Source: Macrostomum lignano (lineage: Eukaryota). Taken from it: 64,000 bases of DNA. The stretch's first letter is position 1. Each line of letters opens with the position of its first letter. The DNA lies in NCBI GenBank assembly GCA_002269645.1, contig NIVC01001272.1, forward strand, positions 1 to 64,000, read 5' to 3'. Below the pieces are notes generated by a model that worked only from the letters and a program-made list of their open reading frames with translations, made no database searches and was not told the origin of the DNA. The position numbers were made by a program, and so were the translations under genes. Below, in pieces: positions 10,156-21,903 of this stretch.

Positions 10156-12852
10156 GACAATAGCTGCTGTCTATTGATAGCTAAAGAGCAGGTCCAATTT
10201 AAATTTTTGCAGCAATGAAGAAATTAACAAAATGAATTTGCTCAAGTTATCAATTTTAGAATAACTCAAAGATATTATAAAATGCATTAATACTAGGAAG
10301 AATATTTATATAATAAGATCCAATCATTGATTAGTTAGAGATTAGCATAAGTAAGTACCATGAAAATAGATCTATATAAGCTAGGTTAATTTATTGAAAA
10401 TCCCTTTTTGGCTAATGCATATTGCATGTATATACAAAATATACTAAACTTTACCAAGTTAATGCAGCAGTTTTTTGTAGAAATTTAATATAATTATATA
10501 GGCTCTTTTAGAAACATGCATATACTCTATTTTGAATGTAATTTAAATATTTCTTATCTGTAGCTTCAACTATTTAATGCTCATCTATTTTGTTTGTGTT
10601 TGATCAATTATATCAATTATTCTCTTTTTGTCTATATTTCTATGTTTTTCTTGTTGAATATTGTATTTATTTAATTTTTATATTTATCTTGCTTAATCTT
10701 CTTATAGCTTTTAGTGCTTTGTTCATTAGTCTTGCATTATATCTACTTTGGCTACTTTGTCATGTAGCCAAATTTGCTAGCTGTTCTGAATTTACAGGAA
10801 CAGGGCCTAGAAAAAATCTCATTCTTTGTCCAACTCATTATTTCATAGACAAGGAAAGTCTAGACAAAATGAGGGGACTTCTTAAACTTTAGATATATAG
10901 GAAGGTAAAGTTTAGGTATATAAAATATATCCCTATAAATAATCCTCCAACCCTAAAACCCCCCATTTCCCTGCCCAGTGGTTGGCTTTTAGCTACAAAA
11001 ATTCAGCTAAAATTTAAAATCAGCACTATCAAAAACCTCTATGTTTTATAGAGATAAAAATAAGATCCTATCAAAACTATAAAATTTTCTTAACCTAAGC
11101 TCTATAGCCAGGATGGCTTTTTTCATGGAAAATTCAGGGCAAATTTAGCCTAGCCAAAGCAAAGTGGGGTAAGGCAGGTTAAGCTTTCACTATTTAAGGT
11201 AGATTGGGGCAAGGCAAGGACAAATAGGGCTAGGTTAGGAACAAAGTAGGGTAAGGACAAGGAGCAACAAAGTGGTTGATTGACATGCTAGAATAGCCAA
11301 GCCATGTTGCCTATTTGTTGGCCAATATTGCAATGTAGATCTAGATAAAAATGAGTTATTGCCCAAATTAGACATTGGGGGAAAAATAAAGACTACTTCA
11401 AGCCCAGGGCATTAGGGTAAATTTATGAGTCTGAATTTTGGAGAATCAGGGCATTGGAGCAGAAAGTTTTTTGGTCTTAAATATATTCTAGGTATGCATT
11501 CCATGATACTGACTATAGCCTGACTGACAAACCTTAACTAGAAGAAGACAAGTTTTATTTAAATAGAAATAAACTGACACATATTATATTACCACCTAAA
11601 ATTAGAGATGCACTTTCCTTCCCAAAGCCAAAGGGAGTGCTAGGGCCTAGGCCTAATGTTAGCGCATAGGCCTACTCTAGAATATATGCGCTAGGCCTAG
11701 CTTACCTAGTGTTAAATTATATAGGTCGTTTTGTCATAAAAAGTAGGTTCGTACATCTTAATCTTACTTTTAAATTTTTTAGATTGCCAAATTCTACTGC
11801 AATAACGTGGCAACAACCGCAAGACACAATGGCGTCAGTCAATGGAAGCGAAGGTCTGAAGTATACTTGATTCTATAGATGTATATTTATTTGACCGAAA
11901 AAAGTTATTACCAAAAAATCTGAAAGGACGACTACTCTTACGTTACCAGTAACGCTATCACTTATCAGTTACGTTACCTCTGTCACTATCACTTGGGCGT
12001 GTGTGTATCGATTAATAACAGGAAAAAGTTCGCTGCACGCTGCATGTTAAAAAATTTTCTAGAACGCAAATAGTACAACTGCAGAGATAATAATAAAGCA
12101 AAAAGCTTAATTTTAAGCAAACTTTGTCAGTCAAATGTCAATTAAAATTTGTAAAAAAGAATTTTTAACATCAATGAAAGTATTTTTTGTTTTACGACGT
12201 CTGAAACCGTCTTTGATTTAACGCAAATTCTATCTGTTTGATCTGATCTGGATTAATTGAAATAAAATGATCTATCACCTGATTTCTGATGATAAGGCTT
12301 ATCCATTACAATTAGCAAAATAGTTGGCAGACTTCGACACCTAATTGGACTGTTAAATATCCATCATGACTTCTTGACTTAAGATAACATGCAAGAAAAT
12401 TTCGAAAAGATATGCGCATTCCATGCATGCATATAATTGATCAAGAAGACGCAATGAATAAAATGTCATGTCAAAGTTCCCTTTGTACAGCAAGTTTAGT
12501 TCCCGCTAAAATTCTGGAAGTCAGCAACTGTAATGCAGTATTTAGATCTTAAATTATCTCGCTCAGTTAAATGAAAAAGCAATATATATTTCGCCTTCAT
12601 ATACATTTACATATACGTCTGCCTTATAGTTTCAATAAATTTTATAGCTTGTACGTATAGACTTCCGCATATACAATTTAAGTACTCAATTTACTCCCTT
12701 ACAATCCTAATTGATGCATGTATGTGTTTTATAGTTGGACAAGCGCACCCAAGCAAGGCAGTACGTCGCCTCGACGTCGCTATGAAGTCGCCATTGGTCG
12801 CCATCGTCGCGGGCAAATATTGGTTGCACTGTTTTAGTCGGGGCGACGTCAT

Positions 12853-13305
12853 TGTAACGTCGTCGCTTCTGTATTGAAAATGTTCAATTTCGTATTTATG
12901 GTTTTTTGCAATTAATATTTAAAACTATATCTATTTTGGTCTAATGTTTGTAACTTATTTTTTAGTTACTTTCCTCATTTGGTTTAATTTTGTTTTTCTA
13001 TTTTCAATTAGTGCAGTTATTCAAATTTTGCTTCTTGATAGTTTTTGTGTAGAGTGCTGCGCTCTGTGTGTTGGTCTTAGTTCCCGTAGGCTGGGTGGCA
13101 TTAGCATTATATTATCGCCTCAGATTTCCCTTTGGTAAATAGTTGGCATTGCCATACTGCTTCTGACCTACTCACCATTATTCAGACTAGCAATTGAGTT
13201 GTTAAATTAATAATATGTATATTGGCCTAGGACAAGATCAACACTCAGACTCAGCACGCGCACGCGCATCAGTCCCATGTTCTCGAACTAAATAAACTCG
13301 TCACA
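12853..13305 (+). repeat. 5' LTR
   Basis: Matches 21354-21574 plus 26412-26646. Confidence 0.95.
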
Positions 13306-13311
13306 TAAATT

Positions 13312-13327
13312 TGGAGGGTCCCACCGA
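13312..13327 (+). promoter_or_regulatory. Putative primer-binding site TGGAGGGTCCCACCGA
   Basis: TGG-initiated, 6 nt after the 5' LTR; cognate tRNA not determined. Confidence 0.6.
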
Positions 13328-13946
13328 ATTCGTCGAACTCGCATCAGCTCGGATTCAGCTCGCATACGGCTATATGCCATCAAGTATCTGCAGCAGTGCA
13401 CAGGTACTCTAAAACCAAGTGGCAAGTGTTCCTGCATCCAACAGCGAGAGCGAGACAAACCCCCGCCATCACGTGACCGCGAGTCACCCCTTAGCTGGCC
13501 AACCAGAAGCTACCTGCCCGACTGCCTGCAAGTTTTCGTCCTTTGGGGTTGCGCGCAACGATACCCCTGTCAGAATCAACGCCAGTCAGAGTCAGCCAAT
13601 CGAGACTGCACTACAAGTACAAGCGCCAAGAGACCAACTGACCAACAACAAATTGAGCTTAAGCCGGGAGGCCAAGCCAACGCCGGCGGCAACCCAGGAC
13701 TACACCGAATCACGTGGCAGTGGCAGGAGACCAGCTAGGTGAGGGAGTTTTCTTAGTATTCAACTCTGCATAGGAACATAGGGCCTGTCTGGCAGAGCCA
13801 GTATAATATTTTCTGGGTTAGTCTAATTTTTCTAGGAATTGTAGTGAGGCTCTTTAACTCTGCCAGACTTCTTTCGTGTTTTTATTATCTGGCCTTTCCT
13901 CTCGCCACTCTCTGGCAAAGCAATATCTGTCATATCTCGTCTCCTA

Positions 13947-15002
13947 ATGTCCTCTTCTAACGAAGAAAGTGATGGGGCCTTGTCGCCCAATGGGGCTGCT
14001 GGCCAGGGCCAGCAGGTTTTACAGTTGCAGACAGAGAGTAGCACATCAACGCCACCTGAAGCTGGTGCCTCAAGCCAACAGGCTGCGCAGGTTGGAGACA
14101 CAAGTAGGGATGCGAAACCACCACATGGTATGGCAGAGCAGTCAGACTTAAGTAAGGTCCTCCAGACTCTAACAATGATCCTAGAGAAAACTTGTGACAG
14201 AGAGGCTTCCGCAGCAGCTGAGAAACTTTCAAACTCGAGCCCAAAGCTACGACCACCACCACCCTTTCAACCCCAAATGAATTTCGAACTATGGGAGACA
14301 CAGTTTCTGACTTATGTTGAAGCTCATCATGTCCCAACACTTCAGCAACCAGCTGTCCTATTGTCAATGCTCGCACCTGAGTGCCAAGAATTCATTTTTA
14401 ACAACTCTCTGCACCGCGAGTCCATTCAAACTGCACTAAAAAGTCTGAAAGATCGATTCACAGATTCGGGAACAGAACACAAAAGCTACTTAGAGCTTGC
14501 GGTTGCCGAACAGTTAAACTCGGAAACAACACAGGAGTTCTTTGACAGACTAACAAGACTATCAAAGTCTGCTAATCTTAAAAAACCTACCGCCGAACCC
14601 TTGGTGCGAGCTCGGTTTTGCTATGGTCTGAGAGATAAGGGTCTTGCTGAAAGACTGATCCTCCTGGGTCAAGAAAACCCAACATGGTCTGCTGAAGATT
14701 TAGCAAAAAAGGCCAGGGAAATTGCCGGTGTCAAGAAGCTCTTATCTAGTGAAGTAACTCCAGTCATCAGAGCTGCCGCCCCTGACAGAACAGCAGAATT
14801 AGAAGCCCGAATCCGCGAGCTTGAAAAACTAGTTCAACAGAATCAGACCACTCAGTCTTCAGATCATAATTCAAAAGATTTTCAGAACTTTCCTTCACAA
14901 GTGCCGCCTGTCAATCTGGGCAATCTGGCCAGTACAAGAACAGTAGTCGTTGGTCTAAATCCCCTAAGCGATGCAATCGGTGCAGCGACCATGACCATTT
15001 AA
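13947..15002 (+). CDS. Gag (capsid part; the CCHC knuckle at 14972-15013 is in the -1 frame, continuous with pol)
   Basis: 351-aa ORF with FELWETQFLTY and QEFFDRLTRL...RFCYGLRD gag-like motifs; CNRCSDHDHLTADC in the pol frame. Confidence 0.85.
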   Translation: MSSSNEESDGALSPNGAAGQGQQVLQLQTESSTSTPPEAGASSQQAAQVGDTSRDAKPPHGMAEQSDLSKVLQTLTMILEKTCDREASAAAEKLSNSSPKLRPPPPFQPQMNFELWETQFLTYVEAHHVPTLQQPAVLLSMLAPECQEFIFNNSLHRESIQTALKSLKDRFTDSGTEHKSYLELAVAEQLNSETTQEFFDRLTRLSKSANLKKPTAEPLVRARFCYGLRDKGLAERLILLGQENPTWSAEDLAKKAREIAGVKKLLSSEVTPVIRAAAPDRTAELEARIRELEKLVQQNQTTQSSDHNSKDFQNFPSQVPPVNLGNLASTRTVVVGLNPLSDAIGAATMTI

Positions 15003-17731
15003 CTGCGGACTGCCCGAAACCACCGCCCTCCAATGGGGTAGGGGCAGGTGGAAGACCAACTGGTATGGCCCCAATGATGGAAATAGGAACCATAACGGTT
15101 TGGAAAGGTGGATTTGGCTTTATCCAGCCAAGTCAGATGCCAGACTCCCTCTTTTGCCATTATTCCAGCCTTGACAACGAGTTAAAACAGGTTGCAAACA
15201 GCCATCAGTTAGTAGGCACAACTGTGCAATTCTTACGCCGAGCAGATCCTGGTCACAAACATGATAGAGCAGTAGGGGTCTGTCGCTACCAAATGCCTGT
15301 CCGATGTGACCAATCCTGGGCGGCCGATACTCCAGTCGAGTCTAGTATGTTTGTGCAGTTGGGAATTGGAGACAACAAGGTCATCGCTTGCCTTGATTCA
15401 GGTTGCAATGCAAGCGTCATGGGCACCAAAGTCAGAGACCAACTGATTGCAAACGATCCAATCAACAATACATTTATTCCTGCTAGAAAATACCAAGCTG
15501 CAACAGCATTTAATGGTACCTCGACACAGATTCTAGGCACCCTACACTGTGAAGTCAAGCTGGGCAAAATATCACAGACTCACGTGTTCCTAGTCACAGA
15601 AGGTCAAGTTACAGACGTCCTCTTAGGAATAGACTTTATGAGAGGTTTTAACGTGAACCTGCTTGTTGCAGATGGTCAGGTAACTGTAGCGGGCGAAGTG
15701 GTACCTGTGATTGAAGGCGATCGGGGAGTCTTTCAAGCTCGCAGAGTCACTGCAGCTTGCAACGTGCAGTTACCCCCCAGATCAGAGACCATGGTGCCAA
15801 GCCGAGTCATTGGTGCAGATCCTGGCTCTCCTGGATTCCTGGGCACCAAGCTCTTTTGTTCTGACTCGGAATTCTTTGTGGCTCATTCTGTGGATAGTGT
15901 GAGCAGCACTGGTCATGTCCTGGTACGCCTATTGAATAGTGGCAACCAGCCGTCCGAAATTGCTGCGGGACAGGAGATCGCCTCCTTTCAAAGCTTAAGA
16001 GTTGGTGAGACCATCTCGCACACTGCTCTCACCGAGAAGGACTTCTCAGTTAGCAGTTCCAAAGATCTGGGAACCAAGCTTGCTAAACTTCCTGACCCTG
16101 ATCTTGGCACAGCATCTTGGCTAAAGAAGCAGTTCAAACTAGAAGAGTCCACCCTGTCAGAAACCCAGTTGACAATAACATTAAAACTGTTAAACTATTT
16201 CCTCAGTGCGATATCTAAAAGTGACACGGATTTAGGGAAAACACACCTTCACGAGATGGCTATTGAGCTCAACGAACCAACCTGCCGACCCATCTCGCAA
16301 CCCTCAAGACGCACAACACCAGCGCAAAAAGAATTTTTAGATCGGCACATAAACCAGCTAATTGAACAAGGAGTGATCGAAGAAAGCAACTCAGAATGGG
16401 CTTCTCCCATAGTCTTAGTTAGGAAAAAAGACGGCTCGCAGCGCCTTTGCATTGATTACCGTAGTGTCAACAAAGTCATAAAACCGTGCACCTTTCCGCT
16501 GCCTCTAATAGAGGAGTCCTTTGATAGCTTAGCGGGGTCAAAGGTATTCTCAAGTTTAGATCTTACATCTGCCTACTGGCAGGTAGGTATCCGAGAACAG
16601 GACCGTGATCTCACGGCCTTCACATGTCCCCAGGGGACCTATCGCTGGAAAGTTGTCCCATTCGGGATAAAAACAGCCCCAGCGAACTTTGCCAAGTTGA
16701 TGCACAAAGTTTTCCGACCTTTATTAATGCGCGTCAGCCTCATCTACTTGGACGACATCATTATAAAAGCCAGAGACAATGACGAAATGATCGTCCACCT
16801 GGCCCTTGTCCTTTGGCAACTTAAAAAGGCCAATCTAAAAATCAAGCCATCGAAATGTGAACTTTTTAAGGATCGAGTTCGTTTCTTAGGATTCGTCGTC
16901 TCCTCCCAGGGCATAGAAGCAGATCCGACTAAGATCGACGCTGTTAGAAACTGGTGCAAGCCAACAGACAAGAGGCAATTACTAGCTTTTCTTGGATTCG
17001 CGAATTACTACAGGAAATTTGTAGCTCGATTTTCTGTAATCGCATCTCCTCTGTATTCGTTGGCCAAAGGGTCATCAAAATTCTGCTGGCTCGAACATCA
17101 CGACAGAGCATTTGAAGAGTTGAAGGCCAATTTATGTGCTCCTCCAGTTCTAGCATATCCTGACCTCAAGCCGTCAGCTGGGCCCTTCATCTTGGACTGT
17201 GACTCCTCGCTCGAAGGAGTTGGCGGAGTATTGTCACAAGAAGGCCCAGATGGACAAGAGCACGTTGTGGCGTACGCGTCCAAGAAATTCACGCACTCCC
17301 AGCGGAACTATTGTGCTACTATGCGCGAACTACTTGGCTTGGTCATTATGTTAGAACACTTCAGAACGTACCTCTTGGACCGCAGTTTTCTGGTGCGTTC
17401 CGATGCAGCAGCCTTGCAGTGGCTGCACACCAAAAAACATAGCACGGGCATGCTAGCTCAGTGGCTGGCAACCATTGACGTCTACAACTTTAAGGTATGT
17501 CAGACACCACTGGAACGACTTGCGGAGTATGACTTCTCAGTGGAGCATCGTCCTGGCCGTGATCATGTTAACGCGGATATGCTCAGCCGCAACCCCAGGT
17601 TTAGGTCAGATCACCATGACTGCCCAACGTGCAGCAAAATCCCTGCTTTCCAAGACAAATTTAGGAAGTTGGAGGAGCAAGGTGCCAGGACGAGGATGAG
17701 GATACAGACAGCATGCCCGCTGTGCAGCTGA
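14869..17731 (+). CDS. Zinc knuckle - cold-shock domain - aspartic protease - RT - RNase H
   Basis: Frame open from 14869; LDSG protease, YLDD RT, DCDS/RELLGL/RSD RNase H; GFGFI and LFCH motifs before the protease. Confidence 0.92.
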
Positions 17732-20220
17732 GAACAGCACAAATAGACGCTTGCTGCCAGACGGAGCCCCACCAATCAAACCAAGAGCCGAAGTATCCTT
17801 CCGAGATTTTGACCAGCCATGAAGGGTCGGATGAGGTCAGAAGCCATCGGTCGCTTAGCTTGCCTTCGACAGCCCAGGATCCGGACCCGGAGGGAGAAAC
17901 ATCTGAGGATGAGATGTCAGAAAACTCCGAGAATCTATGGGCTAGAGAAGCTCAAGAATCTAGCACAGATCTCGTGAGATTGATTGAGGCCGTTGAAGGG
18001 AAATCTCCAAGACTAACTAAGGTTGAAGTCCAGGACTGCAGTCGTGAAATTCGAACGCTTTGGGCCATGTTTGACGAACTCGAAGTTGTAAATGGCCTTC
18101 TGACTCGCGTCAAACCCGCTAAGCAGGGCCAAGTCAGTCAGCGACTCATAATCATACCAGAGACAGCAGATGTTGATGAGCTAGTTTCCTGCTATCACAG
18201 AGACATTAATCACTGCGGAATCAACAAAACAGTCCGGGCCTTAAAACAAAGGTTCCAAATCACAAACCTCGAAGTATTCGTGAAGGGAATCATTGCTGAA
18301 TGCGAGGTATGCTGCCGCACTAAGAAGAACAAACGGAAGAATAAAGAACCATTAGAACCAATTTTATCAGGCTATCCAAATCAAATTGTGCACGTTGACC
18401 ACGCAGGGCCTTTCCCAGAGCAGGAGGGCAACCGTTACTTGCTGGTGCTAGTAGATAACTTTTCTGGGTATGTAGAGATCGTGCCTGTCCCAGACGTCTC
18501 GGCCGCAACTACCGCCACAGTTATACTAACCGAGTGGATAGTTCGATATGGCACTATGGAGAAACTTGTTTCGGATAATGGCACGGCCTTCATAAATAAA
18601 ACGGTAGCGGAGCTCACCAGACTACTTGAAATAGACATGGCACGTATCACCGCACACAGGCCGCAATCAAACGGTAAAGCGGAAAGGACCATACAATCAA
18701 TCAAAGCGCAGATTCGTGCAATTTGCCTTGAAAAAAGAGTCAATTGGGTCTATGCAGCTCGTTTGGCCGGTCTTTCAATCCGGACGACTGTGGCCGAATC
18801 CACAGGCTGGACCCCAGCCAGGCTCTTTTTCGGTCGGGAACTTGTGCTGCCTCTAGACCTGCTGTTCAACCCGCCAAGGCACGACAGGTATGATCCAGAC
18901 TGTTATGCACACAAGCTGCACAAACTATTGGTGGAGGTATCGGCGATCGCCCGCATGGAGCGAGGTAAGGCCCAACAGAGGCAAAAGCGGAATTATGATC
19001 GTAATACCATTCACTCCAACTTCGAAATCGGAGAACTGGTGTGGGTACTCAACCCCGACCATCGGGGATTAGACTCAGCCGTCTGGTTAGGGCCATACAA
19101 AGTAGTTCAAAAGGTTTCTGAGCGAAACTACCGCCTCATTCCCGAATTCGCTCGCATCAATCCAATCTGCCAAACACCAAATCCGAGTCATAACATCTAC
19201 AACGTAGACCGAATGAAGCGGTGTATCCGCAAGCAAACGTACCAAGATATCGCCGACCGGTTCGAACTCAGGGTCCCAGCTCTGATTCCACCTTCGAGAT
19301 TAGGCCAACTGGATGATCAATCCGAGTCTCGCAGTGACTCCTGGGGTTCATCGGCCACTACCTGCAGTGAGCCGGAACCAGAAGCTGAAGTTCCCAACAC
19401 ACAGGATGACGAAGCGCCTGATCCACCGCACACATCAGCACCTGATCCACCACACACACCAGCGCCTGATCCACCGCGCACATTAGCGCCTGATCCACCG
19501 CACACATCAGCGCCTGATCCACCACACACATCAGCGCCTGATCCACCGAACACATCAGCGCCTGATCCACCGCGCACATCAGCGCCTGATCCACCGCATC
19601 CACCAGCGCCTGATCCACCGCACACATCAGCGCCTGATCCACCGCACACATCAGCGCCTGATCCACCGCGCACATCAGCGCCTGATCCACCGCACCCATC
19701 AGCGCCTGATCCACCGCGCACATCAGCGCCTGATCCACCGCACCCATCAGCGCCTGATCCACCGCGCACAGTAGCGCCTGATTTTCTGTGCACATCGTCG
19801 CCTGATCGTTTAGCACGAAACCAGTCGCCAAGCTTGCCTAGCGCTTTCGTAGAAGTGGCAGACTCGGGGAATCTGCAACAGGATTACCAGGTACCTGAAA
19901 TTGGTGCAGAAGTGGAAGTACCGCAGAACAACACAGAAGAACAGCTGCCAGAATCTCGAGTCCATGAAAGCAGCACTACAATGCCTGCAATGGACGGCTT
20001 GCGTCCAGAAAGTCCAACGAGTGGCAGCCATTGTAGTCAAGAGACACCACCAGCGCAAGATACCGTGGATAGTGATGAAGTGGAAGCATTTCCAGCTGGT
20101 CCAGTCACTACGCCGATTACGACGACCCGTTCCGGCCGTCTGGTGCGTAAGCCTCAGCGTTTCTTGAACACTATAGTGCGTCTGTGTTCGAGGAACGGAC
20201 ATTTAAGCAACAGCGCCTAG
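17713..20220 (+). CDS. Integrase with Pro-rich repeat tail (probably continuous with RT-RH; one-base frame break at ~17685)
   Basis: HHCC (H..INH...CEVC), VDHAGP / SDNG / AERTI catalytic residues, C-terminal RSGRLVRKP motif. Confidence 0.92.
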   Translation: MPAVQLRTAQIDACCQTEPHQSNQEPKYPSEILTSHEGSDEVRSHRSLSLPSTAQDPDPEGETSEDEMSENSENLWAREAQESSTDLVRLIEAVEGKSPRLTKVEVQDCSREIRTLWAMFDELEVVNGLLTRVKPAKQGQVSQRLIIIPETADVDELVSCYHRDINHCGINKTVRALKQRFQITNLEVFVKGIIAECEVCCRTKKNKRKNKEPLEPILSGYPNQIVHVDHAGPFPEQEGNRYLLVLVDNFSGYVEIVPVPDVSAATTATVILTEWIVRYGTMEKLVSDNGTAFINKTVAELTRLLEIDMARITAHRPQSNGKAERTIQSIKAQIRAICLEKRVNWVYAARLAGLSIRTTVAESTGWTPARLFFGRELVLPLDLLFNPPRHDRYDPDCYAHKLHKLLVEVSAIARMERGKAQQRQKRNYDRNTIHSNFEIGELVWVLNPDHRGLDSAVWLGPYKVVQKVSERNYRLIPEFARINPICQTPNPSHNIYNVDRMKRCIRKQTYQDIADRFELRVPALIPPSRLGQLDDQSESRSDSWGSSATTCSEPEPEAEVPNTQDDEAPDPPHTSAPDPPHTPAPDPPRTLAPDPPHTSAPDPPHTSAPDPPNTSAPDPPRTSAPDPPHPPAPDPPHTSAPDPPHTSAPDPPRTSAPDPPHPSAPDPPRTSAPDPPHPSAPDPPRTVAPDFLCTSSPDRLARNQSPSLPSAFVEVADSGNLQQDYQVPEIGAEVEVPQNNTEEQLPESRVHESSTTMPAMDGLRPESPTSGSHCSQETPPAQDTVDSDEVEAFPAGPVTTPITTTRSGRLVRKPQRFLNTIVRLCSRNGHLSNSA
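19414..19790 (+). repeat. 24-bp coding repeat (APDPPHTS) x15-16
   Basis: In frame within the integrase ORF. Confidence 0.95.
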
Positions 20221-20577
20221 CGTTTAACCTTAATGGGGCTTACTTGGGGTCATTGCTCACTACTAATGATTTGTAACTGACAAAAAAACTTTTTAAAAAT
20301 CCAAAAATATTGAAATGGAAATATTCGAATACGACATTGCAGCAGTCGTTAAAGTAACCATGAAAAGGTAAATTTGAGTTTTCAGTTTTCAGTGCTGGTG
20401 GTCTGCTTTGGTTTTCACACATATCGTTTGCCTTGGCTGTGTTGCGGGCTATCGTTGCTGCAACGCTCTAAGCCTGGTGTGAAACTTTCCTAGCTTTCTT
20501 GTGCCTTTCCACCTTAGGTTCTTTTCTTTCGTCTTTGGGGGGGGGGTTCTGCAGTTGTAGTTATTAGGGGGGGGGGG

Positions 20578-21066
20578 ATCGGTCTCCTGCCAGCCACCAT
20601 CGGCCTCCTGCCGGCTACCATCGGCCTCCTGCTGGCTACCATCGGCCTCCTGCTGGCTACCATCGGCCTCCTGCTGGCTACCATCGGCCTCCTGCCGGCT
20701 ACCATCGGCCTCCTGCCGGCTACCATCGGCCTCCTGCCGGCTACCATCGGCCTCCTGCCGGCTACCATCGGCCTCCTGCCGGCCACCATCGGCCTCCTGC
20801 CGGCTACCATCGGCCTGCTCCTGCCGGCTACCATCGGCCTGCTCCTGCCGGCTACCATCGGCCTCCTGCTGGCTACCATCGGCCTCCTGCCGGCTACCAT
20901 CGGCCTCCTGCCGGCTACCATCGGCCTCCTGCCGGCCACCATCGGCCTGCTCCTGCCGGCTACCATCGGCCTGCTCCTGCCGGCTACCATCGGCCTGCTC
21001 ACGCCGGCTACCATCGGCCTGCTCCTGCCGGCTACCATCGGCCTAATGCCGGCTACCATCGGCCTC
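20578..21066. repeat. 21/24-bp repeat (CCATCGGCCTCCTGCCGGCTA)n in the gypsy 3' non-coding region
   Basis: Direct periodicity; open on the minus strand as (RRPMVAG)n. Confidence 0.95.
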
Positions 21067-21340
21067 CTTTGGCGTTTCGTTCGCTCGTATGTCTTAATCC
21101 ACTTTTGATTCCTTCTGACCGTTTGTCTCTCAATTAATTTTTCGCGAATATACAATAGTTATATTACTGAATTTTATATCGTTACTTATTGCTTAATCGA
21201 TCGTCTACTGCTTTTATTCCCAACCAATATTTGTGGAGTTCGAGTGCGCTCAAATAACAACTTTCGTTGACATTTTATTACATTTTAAGCCCTGTTATTT
21301 TCGAATTCATAAGATCGCCAGGCCGTTCCCTAATTTTTGC

Positions 21341-21353
21341 GGAAAGGGGCGGA
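21341..21353 (+). promoter_or_regulatory. Polypurine tract GGAAAGGGGCGGA
   Basis: Abuts the TG of the 3' LTR. Confidence 0.8.
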
Positions 21354-21574
21354 TGTAACGTCGTCGCTTCTGTATTGAAAATGTTCAATTTCGTATTTAT
21401 GGTTTTTTGCAATTAATATTTAAAACTATATCTATTTTGGTCTAATGTTTGTAACTTATTTTTTAGTTACTTTCCTCATTTGGTTTAATTTTGTTTTTCT
21501 ATTTTCAATTAGTGCAGTTATTCAAATTTTGCTTCTTGATAGTTTTTGTGTAGAGTGCTGCGCTCTGTGTGTTG
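21354..21574 (+). repeat. 3' LTR, left part
   Basis: Matches the first 221 bp of the 5' LTR. Confidence 0.95.
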
Positions 21575-21903
21575 GAGCCTCTTCACGAAAATCGGTTCTA
21601 GAACCAGAATAAATTCAAGTTCTGGAACCCGAACCAGAGCAAAATGAGGAGCTTCGAACAAAAATAAAGGAATACAAACGAATATTTATTCTGTTACAGC
21701 ATGATTTAATAATCATCATGCAGTCATTTACTATTACTATTTTTTACCCAGGAGTAGTATATAATACAGTGTTTTTGTTTTACTAGACAATCAAAATTTT
21801 TAACACGATATATTTGCAAGAAATAAGCACCGCTGGCTTTTATGTACAGAGTCAGTCCACAGCGTATTATTCGGGGTGCATTTTTTACTTTTACTAACTT
21901 GAA

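Noticed and set aside
13419-13742. 107-aa ORF in the gypsy leader as an extra gene
   Set aside because: GTG start, no recognisable motif; probably incidental.
14869-15002. Programmed -1 gag-pol frameshift
   Set aside because: No canonical X_XXY_YYZ heptamer in the overlap. It would confine the zinc knuckle to Gag-Pol, and one missing C (CCG CC[C] TGT) explains the break; not excluded without reads.
20220-21340. env-like third ORF
   Set aside because: No sense-strand ORF with signal peptide or TM after integrase.
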